Notes: generated by a model not told the origin, from the letters alone. DNA of 63,752 nucleotides, filler included, from Octopus bimaculoides (GCF_001194135.2; 8 parts of 8 records of this genome joined end to end with filler, not necessarily neighbours in it); one strand, 5' to 3'. Positions 50,330 to 61,616 are shown, counted from the whole stretch's first letter. Translations and numbers: made by a program.

Positions 50330-50720
50330 GATAAGAAAGATTGTGATGACGGAGATGACGATGATAGTGATGATGATGGTCAACACCATCATCAATACGG
50401 TGGTGATACTGATGATGATGATAGTGATGAGGACGACGATGATGACGATGTTATGATGATAATGGTTATGACGAGAGAGAGACTGTTGACAATGAGAAAT
50501 CATGGCAAGTATTGTGATGACATAGAAGAAGAAGAAGAAGAAGTTTAAAATAATCGTGAAAATGGAAGCAATGACAAAGAGGGCGATGAGGATGATGATG
50601 ACGACGATAACGCTGACGATCGGCTCGGAATAATGCTACACACGATGACGCCGATGACGCCGATGACGCCGGTGACGCCGGTGACGGCGATGACGACGGC
50701 GGCGGCAACGACCATGGTGA
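50330..50720. repeat. (GAT)n/(GAC)n field including (GACGCCGAT)n 9-mers
   Basis: Direct inspection. Confidence 0.85.
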
Positions 50721-52262
50721 TACGTTACAAAGAATTGAATATTTATTCAATAAAGGCGGATTTATCGATCAGGCGAATGGCTTTATTGTTGAACGCGGCT
50801 CAGAATGTTAGTGATTGAATGAGATAATTGCTCTGACATATGTAAATAAACTCTTAAAAATCTGTCGCTTCTAGTTTCTTCAACAGCGTCCAACAACAAT
50901 GGACGACTTGTTTGGGCGGCCATATTGTTTCGTCGGTCATTTGCGTTTCTAGAATTTTCCTTTTCTTTCTTTCTTTTTTTTTTTTTGATTATTGTTGTCA
51001 CTTTGTACCTTCTTCTCTCTTTAGTTTCGGCGTTTTTGTTTCACTTTTTCTTTTTCCTTTTATTCTTTATAGTACGCAGAAATCTGCATACGAGTGCAGT
51101 CTTCATCATCAAAACAAATAGACATCAAACAGAGTAAATAACCAAACACACACACACACAATCATATACGTATTTTCACATGTTTTATATATGTGTGTGT
51201 GTCTGTGTCTATATATATTGTATACACAAATGTGTGTTCACACACTACACACACACACACACGCACACACATATATATATATATACACACACATACATAC
51301 ATATATACATGAAATATGATTATAAATAATGTAGAGAAATGTATGTATGTATATACACAGACACACACTCACACATATGCATACACATACCATTCAGGCA
51401 TATAGCTACATATTCGAGTATGTGTGTGTGTATATATGTAGCCTTCTCTCAGTTAATGTGTGCTNNNNNNNNNNNNNNNNNNNNNNNNNNNNNNNNNNNN
51501 NNNNNNNNTTAATTAATTAANNNNNNNNNNNNNNNNNNNNNNNNNNNNNNNNNNNNNNNNNNNNACCACATAAGCTTTAAATTTCAACCACGATTTCTGA
51601 CCACACCTCGAAATACAATCTAGAGCAATGTATTGCCGTAAAAGCAACTGAATCTACTGCTACATAGAAACACATGCACAGAGCGTGAATATATTAATAA
51701 GTATAAAAATATGCAACAAACAATAACTAACACACACACACATACATACACACACGCATTCGTACACGCTCAAAGCTATGTATATGCACAAAAGATGCAT
51801 GGTGATAAAATTCGCACACACATACACATGTATAATAATATGCATACATAAGTCAACAAGAATGTATATAGATATAAATACATTCATATACACATACATA
51901 TGCACACATATATAAATACACGTACATTCAAATGTATGCATACAAATACATATTATATAATTATATATATTTAATTTAGAGAAAAGAACCAAAGTTCATG
52001 AACTCATCCATGAAAATCCACAGTCACGTATAGAAAAATTTAATAAGTAAATACACTAAAAAGAACTATAATAAAATACAAAGTAATAATCATAAAATAA
52101 TAAAACGACTACTCGTGTTTCATAACCAAATTTTCAAATAGAAAATAAAATATGATCAAATCGATTAAATCGATCGAAAATCAATTCTAATATATATATA
52201 TATATATAAAAAGCAAAAAGATAAAGAGAGCAAAGGTAAGGTTGAAGAATTTTATGGATAGA

Positions 52263-52311
52263 GTCTTACAGCTGTTTCTGGGAAGATCCAGTACTTTCCT
52301 TCATCGGAGAC
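52263..52311 (-). ncRNA. Degenerate minimal hammerhead-like motif with a palindromic ACAGCTGT stem III
   Basis: The minus strand reads GTCT-CCGATGA-A-GGAAAGTACTGGATCTTCCCA-GAAA-CAGCTG-TA-AGAC. Stem I is GTCT/AGAC. U4 reads C, and an extra A precedes GAAA. Confidence 0.5.
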
Positions 52312-53329
52312 AGAAAANNNNNNNNNNNNNNNNNNNNNNNNNNNNNNNNNNNNNNNNNNNNNNNNNNNNNNNNNNNNNNNNNNNNNNNNNNNNNNNNNNN
52401 NNNNNNNNNNNNNNNNNNNNNNNNNNNNNNNNNNNNNNNNNNNNNNNNNNNNNNNNNNNNNNNNNNNNNNNNNNNNNNNNNNNNNNNNNNNNNNNNNNNN
52501 NNNNNNNNNNNNNNNNNNNNNNNNNNNNNNNNNNNNNNNNNNNNNNNNNNNNNNNNNNNNNNNNNNNNNNNNNNNNNNNNNNNNNNNNNNNNNNNNNNNN
52601 NNNNNNNNNNNNNNNNNNNNNNNNNNNNNNNNNNNNNNNNNNNNNNNNNNNNNNNNNNNNNNNNNNNNNNNNNNNNNNNNNNNNNNNNNNNNNNNNNNNN
52701 NNNNNNNNNNNNNNNNNNNNNNNNNNNNNNNNNNNNNNNNNNNNNNNNNNNNNNNNNNNNNNNNNNNNNNNNNNNNNNNNNNNNNNNNNNNNNNNNNNNN
52801 NNNNNNNNNNNNNNNNNNNNNNNNNNNNNNNNNNNNNNNNNNNNNNNNNNNNNNNNNNNNNNNNNNNNNNNNNNNNNNNNNNNNNNNNNNNNNNNNNNNN
52901 NNNNNNNNNNNNNNNNNNNNNNNNNNNNNNNNNNNNNNNNNNNNNNNNNNNNNNNNNNNNNNNNNNNNNNNNNNNNNNNNNNNNNNNNNNNNNNNNNNNN
53001 NNNNNNNNNNNNNNNNNNNNNNNNNNNNNNNNNNNNNNNNNNNNNNNNNNNNNNNNNNNNNNNNNNNNNNNNNNNNNNNNNNNNNNNNNNNNNNNNNNNN
53101 NNNNNNNNNNNNNNNNNNNNNNNNNNNNNNNNNNNNNNNNNNNNNNNNNNNNNNNNNNNNNNNNNNNNNNNNNNNNNNNNNNNNNNNNNNNNNNNNNNNN
53201 NNNNNNNNNNNNNNNNNNNNNNNNNNNNNNNNNNNNNNNNNNNNNNNNNNNNNNNNNNNNNNNNNNNNNNNNNNNNNNNNNNNNNNNNNNNTGTATAGAT
53301 AGATATAGATATATATACATACATACATA

Positions 53330-53530
53330 TGGTGAGCTGGTAGAATCGTTAGCACGACAGACAAAATGCTTAGCGGCATTTCGTCCATCTATACATTCTG
53401 AGTTCAAATTCCGTAAAGGTCGACTTTGCCTTTCATCATTTCGGTGTCGATAAAATAAGTACCAGTAGAGTTTTGGGGTTGATGCAATCGACTAAACTCC
53501 TCCCTCGAAACTGCTCGCCTTGCGCAATAA
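53330..53530 (+). mobile_element. Family B SINE
   Basis: ggtgagctggtagaatcgttagcac...ctgagttcaaattcc...ggtcgactttgcctttcatc...gataaaataagtaccag. Confidence 0.85.
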
Positions 53531-53555
53531 TATGAAACGAATATATATATATATC

Positions 53556-53751
53556 GGCACAGACATGGCCGTGTGGTCCAACCACATGCTTTCAGGTTCA
53601 ATACCACCGCATGGTACCTTGAGTAGGTGCCTTCTCCATGTATATGTGTGTCATTGCATCTGTGTTTGTCTCCCAACACCGCTTAACTGGTGACGCTGTG
53701 TTTACGTTGCCGGAAATTAGCAGTTCAGCAAAGAAACCAGTGGAATACGTA
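53556..53751 (+). mobile_element. Family A SINE, diverged and deleted
   Basis: ggccgtgtggtccaaccacatg...ggtaccttgag...tgtgtttgtctccc...ttagcagttcagcaaa. Confidence 0.55.
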
Positions 53752-53864
53752 NNNNNNNNNNNNNNNNNNNNNNNNNNNNNNNNNNNNNNNNNNNNTTAAT
53801 TAATTAANNNNNNNNNNNNNNNNNNNNNNNNNNNNNNNNNNNNNNNNNNNNGAATTTAGGATTT

Positions 53865-53895
<31 letters not shown>

Positions 53896-53899
<4 letters not shown>

Positions 53900-54021
53900 C
53901 TGAGGGTGATAAATTGAATATCAATTTAATTAACATCAATCTAAAACCAGTGGCCTAGCATATAAAAAAAAATCTGAAAATTCAGATAAATTGTATTACA
54001 TAATTTATCACCTTCAGTATA
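53896..54021. mobile_element. Short TA-flanked MITE-like element
   Basis: 20-bp inverted ends TATACTGAGGGTGATAAATT (53896-53915) / AATTTATCACCTTCAGTATA (54002-54021), with 1 mismatch. Confidence 0.55.
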
Positions 54022-54381
54022 CTCTTTTACTTGTTTCAGTCATTTGACTGCGGCCATGCTGGAGCACCGCCTTTAGTCGAGAAAATCGACCCCAAGACTT
54101 ATTCTTTGTAAGCCTAGTACTTATTGTATCGGTCTCTTTTTGCCGAACCGCTAAGTTACGGGGACGTAAACACATCAGCATCAGTTGTCAAGTGATGTTA
54201 TGGGACAAACATATACACACACACATACCTATATATAAATATTTACATATATACGACAGGCTTCTTTCAGTTTCCGTCTACCAAATCCACTCTCAAGGCT
54301 TTGGTCGGCCTGGTGTCATGTAGTGGGACTGAACCCGGAACCATGTGGTTGGTAAGCAAGCTACTTACCACACAGCCACTC
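54020..54381 (-). mobile_element. Family A SINE
   Basis: Full tail and head are present, with a short deletion in the body. Confidence 0.9.
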
Positions 54382-56129
54382 ATAAATATTAATTTAAATA
54401 GTTATGTTCTGTAGCCAGCAACATCTACTGCAGTGACTTATCGTCTGCACAACTGCTTCCGGAATTTCATGTGCCAGAACTGAGACATTTGAAAATAACC
54501 CCAATGTAATCGGTAGAACTGTACACACATCAAATTTTATGAAGACAATTCGTGTATAGTTCTGCAAATTATATTGAATTTAGAACGATTGTGCTGAAGA
54601 ACCACGGACGTTTTTACCTAAGTAAAAAAAAAGTTGATGGGGAAACTGGTATACGATTAATTCTTTATTTTGTATATTTTCCATTTGCCTTGCCCACTTA
54701 TGTTCTGGAGTTAGCTGAATTTTTTTCTGGAGAACATTATCCTTCTTTGTGGTTGGGTCGTTGATGACCTCTTTCTAGCATATCGGATGTCCACTTAGTG
54801 GTCATCCCTTCTTATACGCATATATATATATATATCGTTTTCGTATTCTTTATGTGAATTTGTGTTTTGAAGCATAGAGAACGTTCATCAAATCAGCATA
54901 AAACCGGAGAACATCAACCAACTTCAGAAAGTGTGTTATCTTATGAATGTTCTGTTNNNNNNNNNNNNNNNNNNNNNNNNNNNNNNNNNNNNNNNNNNNN
55001 NNNNNNNNNNNNNNNNNNNNNNNNNNNNNNNNNNNNNNNNNNNNNNNNNNNNNNNNNNNNNNNNNNNNNNNNNNNNNNNNNNNNNNNNNNNNNNNNNNNN
55101 NNNNNNNNNNNNNNNNNNNNNNNNNNNNNNNNNNNNNNNNNNNNNNNNNNNNNNNNNNNNNNNNNNNNNNNNNNNNNNNNNNNNNNNNNNNNNNNNNNNN
55201 NNNNNNNNNNNNNNNNNNNNNNNNNNNNNNNNNNNNNNNNNNNNNNNNNNNNNNNNNNNNNNNNNNNNNNNNNNNNNNNNNNNNNNNNNNNNNNNNNNNN
55301 NNNNNNNNNNNNNNNNNNNNNNNNNNNNNNNNNNNNNNNNNNNNNNNNNNNNNNNNNNNNNNNNNNNNNNNNNNNNNNNNNNNNNNNNNNNNNNNNNNNN
55401 NNNNNNNNNNNNNNNNNNNNNNNNNNNNNNNNNNNNNNNNNNNNNNNNNNNNNNNNNNNNNNNNNNNNNNNNNNNNNNNNNNNNNNNNNNNNNNNNNNNN
55501 NNNNNNNNNNNNNNNNNNNNNNNNNNNNNNNNNNNNNNNNNNNNNNNNNNNNNNNNNNNNNNNNNNNNNNNNNNNNNNNNNNNNNNNNNNNNNNNNNNNN
55601 NNNNNNNNNNNNNNNNNNNNNNNNNNNNNNNNNNNNNNNNNNNNNNNNNNNNNNNNNNNNNNNNNNNNNNNNNNNNNNNNNNNNNNNNNNNNNNNNNNNN
55701 NNNNNNNNNNNNNNNNNNNNNNNNNNNNNNNNNNNNNNNNNNNNNNNNNNNNNNNNNNNNNNNNNNNNNNNNNNNNNNNNNNNNNNNNNNNNNNNNNNNN
55801 NNNNNNNNNNNNNNNNNNNNNNNNNNNNNNNNNNNNNNNNNNNNNNNNNNNNNNNNNNNNGAAGAGAAAGAGTAGCAGAGGGAAAAGGAGGGGAGGAAGT
55901 AGAATAAAAGTGAGCAACGAAAGGTAGAGAGAGAGAGAGATAGTAGTAGTAACGGTGAGAGGCGAAGGACGAGTAACAAGAGATAGAGAGAGAAGTAGTG
56001 ACAGGTAGAGGCGAAGAACAGTAGAGGGAAGAATGAGAGGGGGAGATAGAAATAAAGAGAGTCGCGTTAGAAAAATAGTTAAAACTTACTGTATATATAT
56101 ATATATATATTTTTGTCAGTGTGTGTGTG

Positions 56130-56345
56130 TGTGTGTATTTGTGTTTGTCCTCTGCCACCACTTGACAGCTGGTGATGGTTTGTTTTTGTCCCTATAACTT
56201 AGCAGTTTGGCATAAGAAAGCAACAGGTTTAAGTACCACACTTTAAAAGAAGTACAAAGGGTTGATTTGTCCAACTAAAATCCCTTCAGGGGAGTGCCCC
56301 AGCACGGCCACAGTCCTGTGAGTAAAGCAAGGAAACGATAAAAGA
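56130..56345 (+). mobile_element. Family A SINE 3' half, diverged
   Basis: tgtgtttgtcc...cttgacagctgg...taacttagcagtttggc...aagtacc...gatttgtccaactaaa...ccccagcacggccacagtc. Confidence 0.55.
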
Positions 56346-56354
56346 TACATATGA

Positions 56355-56495
56355 CAGGCTTCCCCACAGTCTCCATCAACCACATTCACTCACAAGACGT
56401 GGTGGTAGTAGTAGGAGGCCTGAAGCTATAGTAGAAGACACTTGCCCAAAGTGCCACACACTGGGACCCAACCACCCGCAACCATACAGCCATGC
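56355..56495 (-). mobile_element. Family A SINE 5' half, diverged
   Basis: cactcacaag...gctatagtagaagacacttgcccaaagtgccac...accatacagcca. Confidence 0.6.
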
Positions 56496-56550
56496 TTCAC
56501 TGTTGTTATTTTTTTCTTTTAATGTTTCCACCATGACCACCACTACCTAC

Positions 56551-56772
56551 CTGCAGGTTTCAGACACTTCACAGCAGAACAGTCGTCTTCTTCTTCCTCC
56601 TCCTCGTCTGCCTCATCTCCACTCAACGAGGCACTCTTCTTACTCTGCTTCACTCGACCGGATGGTTTCTTCTCCCGAGCACCACTAGAGATTTTCATCC
56701 TCTTCTGGCTCTTCTCCTCCTTCTTCATTTTGCTTTCGTTAGTGTTCACAGAATTCATCTCTTTACATTTAT
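56551..56772 (-). CDS. KDM5: Internal coding exon (222 nt, phase 1-1) of a probable KDM5/lid (JARID1) histone demethylase: Lys-rich/acidic linker and first Cys pair of the C-terminal PHD finger
   Basis: Acceptor (gttt)n-gttgtAG at 56773-56774 and donor CAG/GTAGGT at 56550. The open frame reads (N)KCKEMNSVNTNESKMKKEEKSQKRMKISSGAREKKPSGRVKQSKKSASLSGDEADEEEEEEDDCSAVKCLKPA(G). The acidic patch plus C-x4-C-x2-P resembles the start of KDM5 PHD3 (cf. [21 protein letters not shown] in KDM5A, from memory). The phase matches the upstream exon. Confidence 0.75.
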
Positions 56773-57097
56773 CTACAACAAACAAACAAACAAACAAACA
56801 AACAAACAGCTTTGAACATAACACACATGGAATATTTGGGACCTGACATGGGGCCTCGTTTTACGCTACTTGGTAACACCAACCCTGGGCTAAGTAAATG
56901 AATACCAGCCTCGTCAGCATCATTGTTTCACATCCGTGTCTTCTCAAGTACAGCAGTGCACCACATATCTTGGACTTCCATTGCAAAATGTTAGCAAAGA
57001 CAAGAAACTGTTTTTTGTGCAAAATAAAAAGCATATTTTCCAAGACATCACCACTTCAAACATTAGCATGGATTCTCTAAAATCTTAAATTATATTT

Positions 57098-57329
57098 ATT
57101 TCTTTGTTGCCCACGAGGGGCTAAACATAGAGGGGACAAACAAGGAGAGACAAAGGGATTAAGTCGATTACATCGACCCCAGTGCGTAACTGGTATTTAT
57201 TTAATTGACCCCAAAAGGATGAAAGGCAAAGTCGACCTCGGTGGAAATTGAACTTCAGAACCTAACGGCAGATAAAATACCGCTAAGCATTTTGCCCAGT
57301 GTGCTAACGATTCTGCCAGTTCGCCGCCC
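57098..57329 (-). mobile_element. Family B SINE with an alternative tail, in the KDM5-like intron
   Basis: gtcgattacatcgaccccagtg...ccccaaaaggatgaaaggcaaagtcgacctcgg...gattctgccagttcgccgcc. The tail ggggctaaacatagaggggacaaacaagg differs from other family B copies. Confidence 0.85.
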
Positions 57330-57544
57330 TCTTTTACTTGTTTCTCTCATTTGACTGTGGCCATGCTGGAGCACCGCCTTTAGTCGAGCAAACCGACCCC
57401 AGGACTTATTCTTTGTAAGCCTAGTACTTATTCTATCAGCATCTCTTGCCAGACCGCTAAGTGATGGGGACATAAACACACCAGCATTGGTTGTCAAGCG
57501 ATGTTGGGGGAACAAACACAGACACACAAACATACACACACACG

Positions 57545-57627
<83 letters not shown>

Positions 57628-57797
57628 ATATATATAACAAGCTTCTCTCAGTTTCTGTCTACCAAATCCACTCACAAGGATTTGGTAAGCTCAAGGCTAT
57701 AGTAGAAGACACTTGGACAAGGTGCCACGCAGTGGGACTGAACCCAGAACCATGTGGTTCGTAAGCAAGCTACTTACCACACAGCCACTCCTTCGCC
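57330..57797 (-). mobile_element. Family A SINE with an expanded internal (TA)n/(TG)n, in the KDM5-like intron
   Basis: Full head and tail; directly abuts the family B copy. Confidence 0.9.
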
Positions 57798-58146
57798 TAT
57801 AATTATTTCTAAAAACTTGGGGCATTGCCAGGCACACCGTACTTGGCACTAACACAGGCCACATGTGCCTGCCGAGACACACCACATGTGGGCATGAAAG
57901 TGGGCAGACTACATGGTGCATCTTAACATACCATGCCACACCTAAATACATAATGTGACACACACTGCACAGCATCACAGACACAAGGTTACACGCCACA
58001 CCTCAGGCACACCTGTCAATCCCTACAACATCCCTGGTCCACATTTGGTGGTAAGCCTTATAACAGATTCCCTAACCCCTAGTAAACCACCTCCCTTCTT
58101 CACCAGATCTGGTAAAAAAAAAAAGTCTGCTAATTAAACCACTTAC

Positions 58147-58378
58147 TTTTCTCTTTCAATTTCAGATCTTTGTCCTTCACAACAAGTTTTTTCCTTGGTT
58201 TCGATGAAGGGCTGTTCTCGTCTTTACTCCTCTTGCTTTTCGTCTCGCAATTCTCTGACTCCTCCTCTTTCTTCTTCCTTTTCTTCTTCACTTTCTCCTT
58301 CTCTTTTTCCTTCTCTTTGCCCTTTGCCGGAACTTTCTCAGGCTTCTCCTTCATCGGAATCCTCTCCGTTGTCAACTC
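58147..58378 (-). CDS. KDM5: Internal coding exon (232 nt, phase 0-1), Lys/Glu-rich, of the same probable KDM5/lid gene
   Basis: Pyrimidine-rich acceptor ttttcctccttgcctctctcctgttgcggacttgcAG and consensus donor A/GTAAGT at 58146. Reads ELTTERIPMKEKPEKVPAKGKEKEKEKEKVKKKRKKKEEESENCETKSKRSKDENSPSSKPRKKLVVKDKDLKLKEK. It splices in frame (A+AT = Asn) to the exon at 56772. The acceptor position is less certain than the donor. Confidence 0.7.
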
Positions 58379-58702
58379 CTGCAAGTCCGCAACAGGAGAG
58401 AGGCAAGGAGGAAAACAGTTCAGTTTCTGACAAAAGTAGCAAGGCTGTTAATGGGAACGGGGCGGTGGGGCTGGTAGAGCACAGGTCAGATGGGCTGGGC
58501 ACAGACAGACATATAGAACAGGGGACGACGGTGTAATAGACAGCTGGGGGCTAGAGAGAGTTTAACAGGTTGGCTCCCACATGATGTGTGTTAGTGGGTT
58601 GTGGTTGTATGTTAATGAGTCCCTCCCGACCCACCAGAGAGTGGTTTTTTCATTTCTTTCCTATGGGCTTTCTGAGAGGTATAGAATAGAAGAAAAATAT
58701 TA

Positions 58703-58897
58703 TGCTGCTCACCATCATCATCCTCCTCCTCACCGTCGTTTAACGTCCGCTTTCCATGCTAGCATGGGTTGGATGATTTGACTGAGGACTGGCGAACAAG
58801 ATGGCTACACCAGGCTCCAATCTGATTTGGCAGAGTTTCTACAGCTGGATGCCCTTCCTAACGCCAACCACTCCGAGAGCATAGTGGGTGCTTTTAC
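58703..58897 (-). mobile_element. 3' UTR/tail fragment of an RTE-type retroelement
   Basis: The reverse complement contains ggttggcgttaggaagggcatccagctgtag and ends ...atggaaagcggacgttaaacgacg(gatgat)n. Paralog at 59148. Confidence 0.7.
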
Positions 58898-59147
58898 GGA
58901 AACAGGCACCTATATGTCTGTGGCTTTGAAATGGCTAAAGTTATCTAAAATTTGCAAACTTTAAAAGCTATTAACTCTTTATTCATTGATTTATGGTGAA
59001 AATGTGAATGATTACTTTACAAAACGACCCCACTACACAAAATATGAAATCATTTGGAACAAAAACTGAAGAAATTGAAAAGTGGCAGCCAAACAGAAGA
59101 AACCCACATAGTCAAATAAAATATGTGGAGCAGAAAAACAAGAATTC

Positions 59148-59514
59148 ATCATCATCATCATCATCGTTTAACGTCCGTCTTCCATGCTGGCATGGGTTAG
59201 ACGATTTGACTGAGGACTGGTGAAACCAGATGGCTGCACCAGGTTCCAATCTGATTTGGCAGAGCTTCTACAGCTGGATGCCCTTCCCAACGCCAACCAT
59301 TCCGAGACTGTTGTGGGTGCTTTTATGTGCCACCGGCATGAAGGCCAGTCGGGCGGTACTGGCAATGGCCACGCTCAAAATGGTGTATTTTACGTTACGT
59401 GCCACCTGTACAAGAGCCAGTTCGGCAGCACTGGCAACGATCTCGCTCGAATGTCTTTACACGTGCCATCCAGCACAAGTGCCAGGAAGGCGACGCTGGG
59501 CACAGGTGCCATGA
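59148..59514 (-). mobile_element. Longer 3' UTR/tail fragment of the same RTE-type retroelement
   Basis: Same domain and (GAT)n tail, with internal gtgccac... repeats spaced about 60-70 bp apart. Confidence 0.75.
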
Positions 59515-60419
59515 CGCTGCTCATGTCAAAATTAATTAAGATGTCATATTGGGACCCTGGGATAAAATGTAAAATGAGGCTTGGAAGCCAATGTGTTAAC
59601 AGAGCATGAGGGAAGGGGCAGACAAAAAGAGTAGGAGGAGATGGGTTTACAAGGTATAGGGAGATAAACAGTCTAATAAAGTATTAGAGGAGAGAGAGGG
59701 AGAGTACAGAGGGAGTCTAATATTAAAGTACAGAGGGATTAATAGTCTAATAGAGTATAATAACAGCTGTATTGGTATCATACAAAAAGAGAGCCTGCAG
59801 TGATAAAAAGGATACATTAGATAATGTAGTCCTAGATACACTATGCCTGAATAAAAGATGGGATGGTCACANNNNNNNNNNNNNNNNNNNNNNNNNNNNN
59901 NNNNNNNNNNNNNNNTTAATTAATTAANNNNNNNNNNNNNNNNNNNNNNNNNNNNNNNNNNNNNNNNNNNNTATATATATATATATATATACATGCATAG
60001 TTTTGCATTCAAAGTGCTCCTAAGTGTGAGTGTGTATATATATGTGGCTGTGTATATGCTGTATGTGTATATGTACGTGTGTGTGTGTGTGTGTGTGTGC
60101 ACGTGTACCTGTGTATGCGTCTGTGTGTAATTATATTACAGGTGTTTTCTTTTCCCCTGCAATTTTGTTTTGTTGTGCTTGCCCCCCCCCCCTCACCTCT
60201 CTCTGCCCCATACCTCTCCAGTAATTTTCGCTCTCACAACGCGTATCACACAATATACAACATGCACCAGCGTGTAATTGGTGTGTATTACACATTAGCT
60301 GAAGGTCTATTGAAGCAAGAAAATAAAGGCCTCACCTTTCTGTGCAACCCTTTGTTGTGTACGCTTTATGGAGGGGGGGGGGACAACATATAGACAAGAG
60401 TTATTATAGACGAGGAATA

Positions 60420-60754
60420 TCATTATCACATTCTTCATCATCATCATCATCATCATCGTCATCATCATTGGCATCATTGTTATCATCATCATCATCACCA
60501 TTATTGTTATAATCATCATCGTCATTGTCATCATTGTTATCATCATCATCATCCTCATCATCATCATCATCATTATTGTTATAATCATCATCATCACTGT
60601 CATCATTGTTATCATCATCATCATCCTCATCATCATCATTATTGTTATAATCATCATTATCATTGTTATCACCATCATCATCACCATCATTATTGTAAGT
60701 ATCATCATTGTTATTATTGTTGGCATTATCATCATCATCAACGCCACCATCAGG

Positions 60755-60789
<35 letters not shown>

Positions 60790-61080
60790 GATCATCATCA
60801 TCATCATTTTCATTGTTATCATCATCATCATCACCATAAGGATCAAAGCCACTGCTACTACTACCACCACTACCATCACCATCACTGCAGCTACTATGAG
60901 TACATATTTTATGGGAGAATAAACAATATTGACATGAATTATTTGTCATCTTCATTATAATCAACATCATCATTGTCACCACCACCACCACCATCATCAT
61001 CATCTCAACCACCCACCCACCCACCACCATCACCATCACTACCATCATCAGCAGAAGCAATGCCACCACTATCACCACCA
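60420..61080. repeat. (CAT)n/(CAC)n field with a higher-order repeat of about 66-72 bp
   Basis: attattgttataatcatcat recurs at about 60499, 60572 and 60638. Confidence 0.85.
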
Positions 61081-61119
61081 TCTTTGTACCACATCTTCCT
61101 CCTCCTTCTAGACCAGGAG

Positions 61120-61616
61120 CTGCACCAGCTTCTGTAGTCTGCTGTGGCTTGGTTTCTACAACTGGATGCCCATCTTAATGCCAACTACTTTACAGAGTGT
61201 ACCCGGCGCTTTTCACATGGCACATATCACTTTTTATGTGATACCAACTCCAGTGTTTTCCATGTGGCACCATCACTAGTGTTTTCTATGTGGCACCAGA
61301 ACCAGTGCTTTTTATGTGGCACCAGCACCATTGCTTTCTATAAGGTACCAGTTCCAATGCTTATTACATGACATCATCACCGGTGCATTTTTAATTGTGG
61401 CACCAATGCCCTTGCGCTTTACAATGGCACCAGCAACACCATTGCATTCTACTTGGCACCTTGGTTTCCAGATATCAATTCTGTTGTGGTGGGCAGCTTA
61501 TCTTGAGTACAACAATGCGCCGCATATCTCGGTCCTCTGTCATCTCCTTCGTAAGGTTCAGCATTTTGTGATTAGCCCTCGATACTTCATCCCATGTCTT
61601 CCTGGGCCTCCCTCGT
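61120..61616 (-). mobile_element. RTE-clade LINE 3' end: ORF2 C-terminus plus a 3' UTR containing a 26-bp tandem repeat
   Basis: The minus strand at 61615-61495 reads RGRPRKTWDEVSRANHKMLNLTKEMTEDRDMRRIVVLK (RTE GRP..TW...DR..WR pattern). The 26-bp units start at 61253, 61279 and 61305, followed by a gttggcattaagatgggcatccagttgtag domain homologous to 58703/59148. Confidence 0.7.

Noticed and set aside
58071-58085. CCCTAACCC telomere-like motif
   Set aside because: It is little more than one unit, which is expected by chance.
58166-58536. Plus-strand apparent terminal exon (ttttctctttcaatttcAG acceptor, Ser/Pro-rich ORF ending GTTV*, a PDZ-like motif)
   Set aside because: It is the antisense of the Lys/Glu-rich KDM5-like exon. 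Its pyrimidine tract and Ser/Pro bias are the complement of AAG/GAG codons. The minus strand has a consensus donor and a phase-matched partner exon; the plus strand has no partner.
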